Notes: a model not told the origin generated them from the sequence alone. A stretch of 63,793 nucleotides of DNA, filler included, from Octopus bimaculoides (GCF_001194135.2; 9 parts of 8 records of this genome joined end to end with filler, not necessarily neighbours in it); one strand, 5' to 3'. Positions 25,863 through 39,179 are shown, numbered from the whole stretch's first letter. Made by a program: numbers and translations.

Positions 25863-26080
25863 GGCGTGGTTGTGTGACGAGAAATTTGCTTCCCAACTAT
25901 ACAGTTCGGGTTCGAGTACAGGTTCACTGTGTGGCCCCTTGGCCAAGAGACATCTACCAAATCCATTGATACGGCTTTGGTTAACCCGGTGGTATAGTAG
26001 AAGACTCTTGCCTAATGTATCACGCTGGGAACCTGAATCCGTAACCGTGGAGACCAAGCTTGTTATCATACAGCCACGCC
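25863..26080. mobile_element. Two SINE family A heads fused in inverted orientation
   Basis: Plus-strand head ggcgtggttgtgtgacgag...ccttggccaag (25863-25950) is joined directly to a minus-strand head ending atacagccacgcc (to 26080). Confidence 0.7.
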
Positions 26081-26099
26081 TGTATATATATGTAGTGTG

Positions 26100-26204
<105 letters not shown>

Positions 26205-26474
26205 GCATGCATATATGCATTTGAAGTGAATCTTGGTAAAGACGCATGATTCGATGTAGTCAGTGGCACGTATTTTAACATCAAAGGTGAACAAATGTAT
26301 ATGAAGCAACATACAATGTAAACACTTGATTTATTGAGATTATCTCCGCTTTCAGATACAGTATATCAATTGCTTAGTTGCAAATGACACCGGCTCTAAA
26401 TATCAAAGGATGTTACACGCAGTAAAGACGTCCACCGCACCTCTAGCGTTAAGTAACGACTTATCATATTTGTG

Positions 26475-26523
<49 letters not shown>

Positions 26524-26838
26524 NNNNNNNNNNNNNNNNNNNNNNNNNNNNNNNNNNNNNNNNNNNNNNNNNNNNNNNNNNNNNNNNNNNNNNNNNNNNN
26601 NNNNNNNNNNNNNNNNNNNNNNNNNNNNNNNNNNNNNNNNNNNNNNNNNNNNNNNNNNNNNNNNNNNNNNNNNNNNNNNNNNNNNNNNNNNNNNNNNNNN
26701 NNNNNNNNNNNNNNNNNNNNNNNNNNNNNNNNNNNNNNNNNNNNNNNNNNNNNNNNNNNNNNNNNNNNNNNNNNNNNNNNNNNNNNNNNNNNNNNNNNNN
26801 NNNNNNNNNNNNNNNNNNNNNNNNNNNNNNNNNNNNNN

Positions 26839-26879
<41 letters not shown>

Positions 26880-26881
<2 letters not shown>

Positions 26882-27210
26882 GTACTAGTGTGGTAAGAAG
26901 CATGCTTCCGGTTTCAGTCATACTACGTGGCACCTTGGGCAAGTGTCTTCTACCATAACCTCTGGCCGACCAAAGTCTTGTGGGTGGATTTGGTAGACGA
27001 AAACTGAAAGAAGCCCGTCGTATACGTGTGTGTGTGTGTGTCTGTGTGTGTCTGTGTTTTTCCTCCCAACATCACCTGACAACCGATGTTGTTTACGTCC
27101 CCAAAACTTAGCGGTTGGGCAAAAGAAACCGATAGAATAAGTACTGGGGGTCGATTTGTTAGACTAAAGGTGGTGCTTGACAGCAGTCAAATAGCTGAAA
27201 CAAGTGAAAA
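26880..27210 (+). mobile_element. SINE family A with small internal deletions
   Basis: gtgtggtaagaagc...gcaccttgggcaagtgtcttctac...gctgaaacaagtgaaaaa. Confidence 0.8.
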
Positions 27211-27839
27211 AATTTTAAAAAGTATTGTTTTGTTGATTGCCGCATTTTATGTTATAAAAGACAGCACATATTCGGGAGATATTTTTAGTCGTTAAAGTAA
27301 GTAATATTTGAACTAATCTAGAAGTACATTACAACTTTGCTTATAGTACCCGTGGTGATTGTTTTGAAAACACTCTTTGTGAAAACAGTGTGATAGTAGG
27401 CTATCGAATACTGTTTAAATAGATACATACACATACACACACACATACACAAACACATACAGAGACATTGACTCAGAGCACACAGAAAAGAAATCTCTTA
27501 AATATCTCTTAATTCCACGTGACTTTCGACAATATACACGCAGATTTGTCATGTGATTCAACATTACCTACCACGTCAAACTTATAAGTGCAACGTTCTT
27601 GTTCAATGCACATCCTAATCCCATCACAGTTCGATCCGATTCCAGTAAACATCTGCCTACATACATACATACATATATATGTACATATATATATATATGT
27701 ATATACATACATACATATATACATACATATATATATATANNNNNNNNNNNNNNNNNNNNNNNNNNNNNNNNNNNNNNNNNNNNTTAATTAATTAANNNNN
27801 NNNNNNNNNNNNNNNNNNNNNNNNNNNNNNNNNNNNNNN

Positions 27840-27886
<47 letters not shown>

Positions 27887-27965
27887 GCACGCGCGCACAC
27901 ACACACACAAATGAACACATACACGCACACTCAAACGAACAATGTATTTCCAAGAAAGATCTCAC

Positions 27966-28067
27966 AGACGCTCTGAGATAGATCATCAGTGATGTCCCTG
28001 GGATCTTGGGGTTTCGCTGTTGTTGTTACAGACGGTGTTGTTGGTTTCGTTGTCGGGGATGTTGAAT
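27966..28067 (-). CDS. Candidate antisense Ser/Thr/Pro-rich exon
   Basis: 102 nt symmetric phase 1-1 exon, (D)STSPTTKPTTPSVTTTAKPQDPRDITDDLSQSV. Good donor (T|gtgaga), poor acceptor (aaatag|), locally raised GC. Confidence 0.25.
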
Positions 28068-28795
28068 CTATTTACATGTGTCTACACAGACGACAACACA
28101 CCTCATGTTTTAGTGTTTATATAAACAACAAATGAGATATATTATATACACAATAAACATGGTAACTGGTGTTGATGTAAACAATAATACACCTGGTAAA
28201 CTGCTGTTGATGTATACAACACTAGACATGATGTTTGCGAGTTTCTGTGGTTAACAATATAATTGGTATTTTGGTATTTATTTATAAAATACGCATAGTA
28301 TTTTCATGTTTATATAGGTACCAATTCACCTAGTAAAGTGGTGTTTATGTGGACAACATACATGGTACAGACAGCTGGTGGTTTGGAGTTCATATATGCA
28401 ATACATATGGTATTTGATGTTTATGTAGACAACAATAGAGTTTGTATCATAGTGTTTATGTAGAAAGCGATAAACTAAACGTTGTAGTGTGTCTAAAGAG
28501 AATTTATTCCTGGCTTTGTGATAACTGTTGTAATTTACACATATTGATTATAATCAATACTGTTTACCAGTCAATCGTATTATTTCCCAAAATGAATTCA
28601 ATAAAGTTACTGGAGTAAAAAATAGACCAATCCAAAATTTTGGTTAAGAACATTAAAAGAACTGACAGAAGAAAAATGATAGGAAAGCCGTTTGGGGAAT
28701 TAGTGACAGAAATGAAACGAAACTCAGAAAATTTCCATAATGTTGAAGCATTAATTACTTCTCGCATAAACACACATTGCACCATATATATGTAT

Positions 28796-28844
<49 letters not shown>

Positions 28845-28969
28845 GTGTGTGTATGTGTCTGTGTGTATGTATGTAAGTACACATGTGTATATACTGACAT
28901 ATGCATATGTATATTACACATATATTTACATATATACACACACACGCAATCACACGCAGATAGACAGAC

Positions 28970-29043
<74 letters not shown>

Positions 29044-29969
29044 GTAGGTAGGTAGATAGATAATGGAGCAGTATGCGTATTTGTGTTTGTTAGAGGTAAG
29101 GGATAACGGTACACGTGCACACATAGACGCAGACAAAATTTCTTAACTACCACAAGCACCACCCGCCCCTGTTTACTATCCTTTGTAACCAGTGGGTATC
29201 TTTAGTGAAGTCCACTTCGTTACATGTATTTAAACTAGATTTTACACCACCCTAACAATGTTGGAGACAGTGAAATCGGTAATGGCCTCAGCACTTTCAA
29301 ATCTGAACCAGACACTGGAATAAACAACGGCAACAACAACAGATATCAGCATGATGCTGTAAAAACAACAGCATACAATACTGACAAACAATATGAACAA
29401 CATCAATATCAAGAACAACAATAACTACATGATGAAAGTCATTAAATATAGTGATTATTAGAATTCACCATTGGGAATTGAGAGGAAAATATAAAAAACA
29501 ACAAGCGAATCTACTATTAGAATCTCTTAAAACTCATAACTTACTGTGTACATAATGTTTTAGTTTATGTGTGTATGTGTATGTGTATGTATTTACGTAT
29601 GTGTGTTGTGTATTAATAGCTTCTCATAACTTTAAGTTTCATGTATGTGTGTGTGTGTGTGTGCATAAAATGAAGAAAAAAAGGAGAGAGTCGAGGCGAA
29701 TACTTCATAAGCACTCTGTAAATATCAAACCCTGCTAACTAAATTGTCTAGTGAATGCCATAATAGTCTACATACTTCCACTAGTCCAATTTCTAAAAAC
29801 ACAAAACAATGAAGATTTATTCATGATTTAATCAGCCTCGTACTTTTCAAATAGAACGGCATACCTCAAAATGCTGCATTGTATCAATTATACATATTCA
29901 ATCGATTAAAATGCTATATCACCATTACATTTCAGTGAAACAAGTACGAGATCGATTAAATATACATAA

Positions 29970-32301
29970 CACTGCCTAACAAGTATTTTTTATCAAGCAT
30001 ATGTCAAGGTGTACTTCGTGTAGTTTTTAATGCTGATTTCGATTATACAATTAGTTTTCTGACATCACGTACAGTTCTCAAGATGAAAAAGTTTTTTTGG
30101 TTTTAGCTCATACATTATATAAAAATTCCAATTAATGACATGTATGCATGTATTTCATTTACATCATGTAAACATACCTTTAAAATAAACTACTTTATTC
30201 ATTGCTGCATAGTTCAGATGCAATATTTCATCATCTTAAATTAACCAATCAAGTTTTGTCTGATGAAATAAGTATTTCAACATCTCAAATTGTCCAATCA
30301 TAATTGGTCTGATGAAATATTTCACCAGCTCAAATTCTATGGAAGTATAACCGTTTGTATATATTTCCTTACTTGTTTTACAGTGTTAACAATGTCAAGA
30401 CGGCATAGAAATTATCCTGATGGGTTTTGTCATGTCTGTAGACAATTTATTGTGACAGCTCAAAAACGTACAATAACACCAGAGATCAAGAAGATTTATA
30501 AGCTATTCTTTGACTGTCCTCTTGGAGATCAGGACAAGTTATGAGCACCACATTTTATCTGCTCAGCTTGCTCAAATGGCTTACGTAAATGGTTCAATAA
30601 GAAGAAGTCCATGCCTTTTGCCATTCTAACCATATGGAGGGTGTTGAAAGACCATTTTAATGACTATTATTTTTGAAAAGTAAATGTCACAGGATTTTCT
30701 ATGAAGAATAAACTTGTGTATCCCAATTTGGGTTCTGCAATGAGACCTGTGTCTCACAATGGAAATATGCCAATTCCAGCTCCACCAGATGATGGTATTG
30801 AAACATCAGATGCTGATGCTGACTGTCACGATAGTGGTGCTGAGGAAGATTACGTAGCTGATGACGATAGCTTTGAACCTCAGAAATTTTCTCAAGGTGA
30901 ACTGAATGACCTTGTCAGAGACTTATCCTTCTCAAAAGATAAAACAGAACTGTTGGCATCAAGACTGAAGAAGTATCTGCTAGAGCACGGTGTTTGTATA
31001 ATTTATTTTGGCAGAGGAATGTGGTTCTACAAACGTGTTTTTCTGTTGAAGGCCCTCTTTGCTTTTGCAGTTCACATCGATGGACTTTTCAAATGTTTAT
31101 CACAAAATCATGATCCTGCCGAGTGGCGTTTGTTTATTGACTCTTCAAAATGAAGTTTAAAATCTGTACTTCACCACTCCGTTCATCTTCATGGATCATA
31201 CGAGAATATGGAACTTTTACTTCATGCCATTGCCTATGAAAGATACTCATAGAAAATATGTGGAGATTTAAAAGTCATTGGAATGTTAATGGGAATGCAG
31301 TAATTTTTCTCCAAATACTGTTGTTTCTTGTGTCTATGGGATAGTTGGGCAACTGACAGACATTATTCGGAATCAAACTGGTAGACAAGAACATCATACC
31401 AGCCAGGACTGTCTAGGCGTCAAGAATACACCTCTTGTAGATCTATGTAATATTCTATTGTCTCCTTTGCACAAAAAGCTTGAACTGATGAAACAGTTTA
31501 TAAAGACACTAGGGAAGAGCAATGCCAGAGGGACTGAGTATATTGTAGAAAATGTTCCCGCAATCACACAGGCGAAGTTGAAAGAGGGTATCTTTGTCGG
31601 ACCCCAAATTAGAGTAGAACTCAAAGATGTCAACTTCAAGACAACAGTGTTTGAACTGGAACTGCCTGTGTGGAATGCTTTCAATTGGATCTGTGAGAAT
31701 TTCTTGGGCAACAAGAAGGCAATGGACTACAACGATAGTATCAAGAATCTTCTGAAACGTTACTCAGCAATGGGTTGTCGTATGTCACTGAAAGTTCACT
31801 TCTTGGACTCCCATTTGGATTTCTTTGCAGATAACCTTTGGACAGTGTTTAATGAACATGGTGAAAGTTTTAACCAGGGCATTAGTGCTATGGAAAACAG
31901 TAATACGGCTTCTGGAATGACAGTATGCTGGCTGACTACTGCTGGATACTTTACCATGATCAACCAGATCAGGAACACCGCAGGAAATCCACATCACAAT
32001 GTTTCTAACTCTGTTGTTCTAACTTTGTCGTATTTGTTTGGCCCATGTTTTGTGTAGTCACTCTTTGTAGAATGATAGTCATGACGTTTAACCCAATAAA
32101 CTCATTTACTTTCTAAAAATAAAGTCCTTATTATTACATTAATGGTTTCATAACTACAAATATGTAAATGTATCTACTGAAAAACTGATATGTGCTGCAT
32201 ACAAATAGAGTGAAATTTTGAAATCAGCATGAAAAAATTAGTCTAAAAAAGTTGGTTTGCATTCATAATGAGTATAATACATTTAATTTTGGTGACGAGT
32301 G
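29970..32301 (+). mobile_element. Full-length decayed Chapaev3-type (CMC superfamily) DNA transposon
   Basis: TAA|CACTG...GAGTG|TAA ends (3-bp TWA TSD) and inverted subterminal gctgatttc/gaaatcagc. Transposase from ATG 30392: FCHVCRQF zinc finger, FSQGELNDLVRDLSFSKDKTELLASRLK, WRLFIDSSK, CGDLKV, PLHKKLELMK, KEGIFVGPQIR, MSLKVHFLDSHLDFF, EHGESFNQ. Several stops and frameshifts. Confidence 0.92.
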
Positions 32302-32572
32302 TAATTGATGTATTGCAGCATTGTAATGTTCGTCATTCTATTTGAAACCTACGAAGCTGATTAATTCATGAATAAATCTGGATTCATTTGTTTCTCTCTC
32401 TCTTCTCTCTCTTTCTATATGTGTGCATATNNNNNNNNNNNNNNNNNNNNNNNNNNNNNNNNNNNNNNNNNNNNNNNNNNNNNNNNNNNNNNNNNNNNNN
32501 NNNNNNNNNNNNNNNNNNNNNNNNNNNNNNNNNNNNNNNNNNNNNNNNNNNNNNNNNNNNNNNNNNNNNNNN

Positions 32573-32643
<71 letters not shown>

Positions 32644-32789
32644 GTATACACACACACTTATATATATATGTTGTGTGAGAGAGAGACTGTGCGTAGGGTG
32701 CGTGTGTATTAAATTTTATTGACTGACATTCAAACTAAGAAAATTCTGGATAATAGTTCATAATATTTTGTTAAAATACCATTCATGTA

Positions 32790-33960
32790 TAAAGACTGGA
32801 CAGAATCACCTCCAGGAATGGAATCATGTGTCAGCAGATTGCCAGATGGCTACAATACAAAGGAGGCTTTACCTACTATCTACTGTCTAAATTAGAAGTT
32901 TTCTCTGAACAAGCGAAAAATTAAGCTTGAGGTTAATATCTAAGCCTGCATATACTCATAATAATAGCATTTCAGTTCCTGTAGTGATATTTTTGGCATG
33001 TTTACCGGGTTATGCCTTTGTCTGCATATTTTCTGAAATCTGAAGTCACATAGGTATCCTTTCTGCTTCCAGTCTTCACATTCCTGTTACTTCTATTTCC
33101 AGGTTTCTATATTCAGAACATTTCTCCAGTTCTTTGATACATTATCATCTCTTGGAATTGATATGTCAGTTAGGATGTTTCTACCTTCATGGTTGTACTT
33201 GACGACGTTATCTGCTTTATTAACTTTAATTTCCTAGTCAGTGAAGTTTGACCTATCCTAATTTATAGTTATTTTTTATTACCTTTTCTGATGTATGTTT
33301 ATATTATTTTTTTCTGTTGGTATTTCATAATGCAGATATAAATTGCGATGTCATATTTGTAGATACATCCTTTTTTGGTTAAGACTAGGTCAGTTCTTGG
33401 TTAAATAACTAAGCTCCAGATATTCTAAAGATGTCTAATGCATTCCGTAGCATCACATTCATGTAGGAATGACCTGTTGTAACATTGGAATCATGTGCTG
33501 CAATTAATAAACATCCAGTTTCAATCTTGAGCCCTGTACTGGGATTTCGCAGAGATTTCTTTGTCTAATTCCACCTCGTTCTGTTATTTTGGTTGTTGGT
33601 GATGTAGTAGCTTTTTTTTTCATTGCTTTATCATGGCATTATGCAACTGTACTTTTAGGCTAGTTTTAAACTTTTTCATAATTCATTTTGTCGGTTCTCT
33701 TTTTTTTTTTTTTTCTCAACCCAGTCTATTATTTCAGGCTTTTCTTTCTATCTGTTACCATCCTTGAGGACAGAAAATAGCTTTTAGTTTTGTTCGCCGT
33801 TTGCAGCGATTTACATTGGTTTTCCATTAATCTTTACTCGATAGTTTTGTAGTTATATTGAATATATTTCATAAATGTTTTTTCTTCCAGTTTTAAAAGG
33901 CCCCTACTTTATGTATTCGTGGAAAATGTAATCGTTTTGTTAGGTTTTCTGTGATGCATT
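32790..33960 (-). mobile_element. Highly decayed RLE (Dong/R4-like) LINE 3' region
   Basis: Minus-strand peptides ETGCLLIAAHD... and KELEKCSEYRNLEIEVTGM parallel KEVEKLSKYKDLEIEV in the 55274 copy. Confidence 0.65.
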
Positions 33961-34311
33961 GTAAATGCTAATTACTTTCTTTCTAGTCTTACAAATGGTT
34001 TTCTTTCTAGTCTTACAAATTCCCTTAGTATCCAATTTTAGCTATAACTTGGACACCTAGAATATTCATGCCTCAATGTTTTAACTTTTACCTTGTCTTG
34101 ATTATTAATATAACACCACAATAATATTCCTTCTTAACTTTATTTATAATTCCGTTTTGGTCCAATTCTTACACCGCATTTTTTTATACAACTAATTTCC
34201 ATCTCTTCATAGTTGCTTTGGCGCATTAAGTGAGTGTGAGTGTGTATCAGTCAGTGAATGTGTGCCTGCATATGTGTATCGGTATGTGTGTATGTATGTG
34301 CCAGTGACTGA

Positions 34312-34364
<53 letters not shown>

Positions 34365-34566
34365 TGTGTGTGTGCCTACATGTACATCACAGTGAGTGTG
34401 TGTGGATACCTATAGGAGAGTGCGTCTGTGTGTTTCATTGAATATGTATGTACATATGTTCAATTACTGTATGTATATGCGCATGACAGTAAATGTGTGT
34501 ACATATACATCTGTATACATCTATATTTATTTGCATGTATACAATGTGTGTATGTGCATGTGTGTG

Positions 34567-34625
<59 letters not shown>

Positions 34626-34967
34626 GCGCGCGCGCGTTTACAGAGGTATTTTATAACTATAGTTGTAAGTGTGTACGTGTGTGCTATAGTTGATCTTTTA
34701 TAAGTTTCAATGCAGGTTACNNNNNNNNNNNNNNNNNNNNNNNNNNNNNNNNNNNNNNNNNNNNTTAATTAATTAANNNNNNNNNNNNNNNNNNNNNNNN
34801 NNNNNNNNNNNNNNNNNNNNTAAAACATAAATGTATTGAATTCCAGCAATTTATTATTATCGCATTGCCTAAGCAAGAAATCCTAATTTCTCTCTTTCCC
34901 TCCCTTCCTCTCTCTCTCTCTCTCTCTGTATATACATGTGTGTATGCATGTATGTATGTATATATAA

Positions 34968-35199
34968 TTCTTTATTGCCCACAAGGGGCTAAACATAGAA
35001 AAGGGACAAACAAGGACAGACAAAGGGACTAAGTCGATTACATCGACGCCAGTGCATAACTGGTACTTATTTAATCGACCCCGAAAGGATGAAAGGCAAA
35101 GTTAACCTCGGCGGAATTTGAACTCAGAACGTAGCAGCAGACGAAATACCGATAAGCACTTCGGCCAGCGTGCTAACGATTCTGCCAGCTCACCGCCTT
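34968..35199 (-). mobile_element. SINE family B, full length
   Basis: tctttattgcccacaaggggct...gtcgattacatcgacgccagt...gctaacgattctgccagctcaccgcctt. Confidence 0.9.
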
Positions 35200-35234
35200 T
35201 TGTATGTATGTATGTATGTATATAGATGTGTGTG

Positions 35235-35266
<32 letters not shown>

Positions 35267-35569
35267 TGTATGTATGTATGTATGTATGTATGTGCATGTA
35301 TATATATATATATATATATATATGAGACAGAAAGAGAAGGTAAATTGAAAAATAGAAACAAGCATAAAAACAAAAACAACAACAGCCAAAAGAATGTACA
35401 CAGTGAATGTATTAGGCTTACGCTCAGTTTCAGATGGAAAAAAGAGAGGATGTGGCGTTTCGAGCATGGCTCTTCGTCAGAAAGAGGGAAGAGCAAAGGG
35501 CCTGAGAGAAGGAAAACAATAGTCCGAGAAAACCACATGTAGTTACATGTATGTATGTATGTATGTATG

Positions 35570-35601
<32 letters not shown>

Positions 35602-35654
35602 AATTGTAATATATATATATATACTTTATTTAAAAGCAGCAGAAATATAACAAA

Positions 35655-35700
35655 AAAACCGTTACTCTGAGTTTCACGTTCCCGTTCATCGGACAGTTTT
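35655..35700 (-). ncRNA. Type I hammerhead-ribozyme-like motif (U4C core variant), probably in a Penelope-like repeat
   Basis: Minus strand AAAACTGT-CCGATGA-ACG(GGAA)CGT-GAA-ACTC(A)GAGT-A-ACGGTTTT. All three stems pair and the core matches CUGANGA/GAAA/GUA except C at position 4. Confidence 0.7.
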
Positions 35701-36642
35701 AGATAAAACTTACTTGGAAATGGATGCGTGGCGTTCAATCATATAATAATATAAATAATATAAATATATATATGCAATATATACATATATGTACACACTT
35801 ACATATATATGTATATACATATGCATATATGGGTACAGGACGTCACAGAACGTAAACAACATGAAATACGAAAACCTGGAATACGAACTTTTTTTTGCGA
35901 ACAACGAAAGAAACAAATGGAAAACAAGACAAGCAACATAGAGAACGACCCTTCATCAGTTGTCGGCTGTTGTTCTACTCCATATTTCGAGCAATTCACG
36001 ACAAGATACGCCTTCGACAAAACAGTTGCATCCGCAAAGCAAATTAAATAAAATTTGGGATTTTGCGGAGGGTCAAAGTTGGTAACAAAAACAGGACAGT
36101 GAAAACAAACAAGAAGCGCTGCTAAGCCTAAACGAGGTGAAGTGGCGAACGCTGGAGGAACAAGCTCTGACAGGAGACAGCGGCTGATCGGAAGGAAAGA
36201 AAGAAATTCAAGTCAGGAGAAGAATGATGGCCGATAGTCACGTGCGAGCAACGAGAGAGCACAGGAGGAAGAGTGAGAGAGGGAGGGACAAACCGAGAAC
36301 GGCTATATTAAATCGGATAAACTGATTTGCATAAATAACGTGTTCTTCTTGTCTGTTAACTAGCTTAATAAATAACTGCCGCATCAGTTCTGTTCGACTT
36401 TGATGTTCTACAAAGACAGTCATTTACTATTAGCCAGTGTATTTAATTAATTTTAATAAACACACGCAGAGAACTGCCTGAAAGTAGTTGGTTTATTTTG
36501 TAGTATATTGCGACAAAGCTAACACTACTAACGATGTGCAAATTATTAATCGAATTAGCTGCCAATAAAATATTTATGTAAATCGAGTTATCTATAAACA
36601 CACATACAGATATGCATTTATGTATGTATGTATGTATAGACG

Positions 36643-36798
36643 CAGGCGTTGCTGTGTGGTAAGAAGCTTGCTTCCCAAACACAAGGTTCCGGGTTCAGTC
36701 CCACTGCGTGGCACCTTGGGCAAATGTCTTCTACTATAGCCGCAGGCTGACCAAAGCCTTGTGAGTGGATTTGGTAGACGGAAACAGAAAGAACCTCG

Positions 36799-36800
<2 letters not shown>
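36643..36800 (+). mobile_element. SINE family A, 5' half
   Basis: gcaggcgttgctgtgtggtaagaagcttgcttccc...ggatttggtagacggaaac, then (TA)n and a gap. Confidence 0.85.
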
Positions 36801-36829
<29 letters not shown>

Positions 36830-37365
36830 NNNNNNNNNNNNNNNNNNNNNNNNNNNNNNNNNNNNNNNNNNNNNNNNNNNNNNNNNNNNNNNNNNNNNNN
36901 NNNNNNNNNNNNNNNNNNNNNNNNNNNNNNNNNNNNNNNNNNNNNNNNNNNNNNNNNNNNNNNNNNNNNNNNNNNNNNNNNNNNNNNNNNNNNNNNNNNN
37001 NNNNNNNNNNNNNNNNNNNNNNNNNNNNNNNNNNNNNNNNNNNNNNNNNNNNNNNNNNNNNNNNNNNNNNNNNNNNNNNNNNNNNNNNNNNNNNNNNNNN
37101 NNNNNNNNNNNNNNNNNNNNNNNNNNNNNNNNNNNNNNNNNNNNNNNNNNNNNNNNNNNNNNNNNNNNNNNNNNNNNNNNNNNNNNNNNNNNNNNNNNNN
37201 NNNNNNNNNNNNNNNNNNNNNNNNNNNNNNNNNNNNNNNNNNNNNNNNNNNNNNNNNNNNNNNNNNNNNNNNNNNNNNNNNNNNNNNNNNNNNNNNNNNN
37301 NNNNNNNNNNNNNNNNNNNNNNNNNNNNNNNNNNNNNNNNNNNNNNNNNNNNNNNNNNNNNNNNN

Positions 37366-38075
37366 ACAGCTGTAACAGTACTTTGAACACACTCTACTAA
37401 ACACTGCTTGTCACAACTGATTAGTTTGCAGAATGCAATCGGGACGTGAAAACAATTTAGAAGCTCACTATGCAATAAAATTTTGTGTTAAACTAGGCAA
37501 AAACTCTACGAAAACTTATGACTGCTTCTAGATTAACTGGTATAAGCCAAGTATGGTTTTAGTTGGCACAATAGGCAAAGCAACTTCACTGGGAATCTCA
37601 TGATAATCCCATTTTTCTACAAAAAGAGTATCATCTACATCCACTGGGTTCCTTCTGGCCAGACAGTCAACAAAGAGTACTTTGTGGAGGTTTTGAGGGA
37701 GTTCAGGAAGAGATTTCATCGCAAAAGGCCAGAGCGTTTCCACTTATGTCAGTGGCAACTGCATCAGGACAATGCATTAACCCACAGTTCCATCCTGGTA
37801 ACTCACTATTTGACAGAGATAGACATCAAAATTGTTCTTCATTCTTCCTATAGTCCGGACTTTGCTCCCTGTAACTTTTGATTGTTCTCCAAGCTGAAGA
37901 AGATGAAAGCAGCTGTGACAAGGATCCTGGACACATTCACTTCGGAGGACGTCCATGGGACCTTCACGAAAGGGCTGGATGTCTACAACAAGTACACTGA
38001 AATCTAAATATCCTACTTTGAAGACGGTTATAGTTTTGTACTTTTTTTAAATCAATAATTGTCTCTCCTCAAAAA
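37366..38075 (+). mobile_element. Internally deleted mariner (DD34D-type) remnant
   Basis: N-terminus EAHYAIKFCVKLGK. C-terminal half HWVPSGQTVNKEYFVEVL...LHQDNALTH...YSPDFAPCNF, with 34-residue spacing and the last D mutated to N. Confidence 0.85.
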
Positions 38076-38789
38076 GTCTCAAAACTGGTTTTTCATGGTT
38101 GAAATCAAAGTAGATTAAACTATAATAGCTTGTAACTTTTGAGTTAAAAATCCTTTTGGATAGAAAAACTCGAAGGTCATTACTAGTAACTTTATCTACT
38201 TCGAATTCAACCGTTAAAATCGAATTATTTTACGTTGCCTCGAAGTTTCGAAACTCTTATGACGTAATCACGATGAAATTCTCGCTGATAAGAACAAAGT
38301 TTATAAAATGGAGAGAAACATTTGTTGTATTGCTTTGGTCAAATGGTAGAACGTTTGTGATGTTTACAGCAGATGTGGGTTCCAATCCTACGTGCAGCCT
38401 TCGGACTTTTTCTAGTCAAAACGTTTTTAACCCAATATTTACACTCTATTATTTATAGCTTTATCTACTTCGAGTTCAACTGTTAAATATATATATATAC
38501 TATTGTGTTTGTATTTATTTATATTTACATACGTGTGTGCATTCAAGTGCGAGTTCGTGCTAGTGTGTGTATGTTTACTGGTGTAAACTGGCGTGTCGAG
38601 CAATATTCCTTTATTTCATGAGGATTCAAAGCATAAAGATCGATCAAATAGTTACCAGACCTAAAATACATGGTCGGATCGGTTTGTTCTACTAAAATCC
38701 GTTAAAGTGTTGCTCCATCATGGCTGCAGTCTACCGTCCCACGACTGAAACCAGTACGAAAAATCACAAAATAATGTTTTCAAATTTTA

Positions 38790-39179
38790 GGGAAGGCGTA
38801 TGTCGATTATGTCGACCCCACTGCTCAACTGCTATTTCATTTTATCGAGTCCGAAAGGATATGTCAGCCTCAGTGACGTTTGACTTCAAAACGTAAAAAG
38901 TCGGAAGTCACATAACGACGCTCTAACAGTCCTGCCATCTCACCGTTTTACGACAAACAATGATCTTTTCTCCTATGGCACAAGGCCTGAAATGTTGTGT
39001 AAGAAGTGGCTACTTGATTGCATCGACCCAGTGCTTAACTGGTACTTATTTTATTGACCACCGAAAGGATGCAAGGCAAAGTCGACTTCGGAAGAATTTG
39101 AACACAAACGTAAAGCCAGGAGACATATCGTTAAGCATTTTATCCGGCGTTGTAACTGTTCTGTCAGCTCATCGCCTTT
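38790..39179 (-). mobile_element. Two tandem SINE family B copies
   Basis: B core at about 38790-38945 (degenerate) and about 38965-39179. Confidence 0.8.

Noticed and set aside
35940-36000. Second CTGATGA plus upstream GAAA on the minus strand (possible type II hammerhead)
   Set aside because: Stem I and stem III cannot be formed convincingly.
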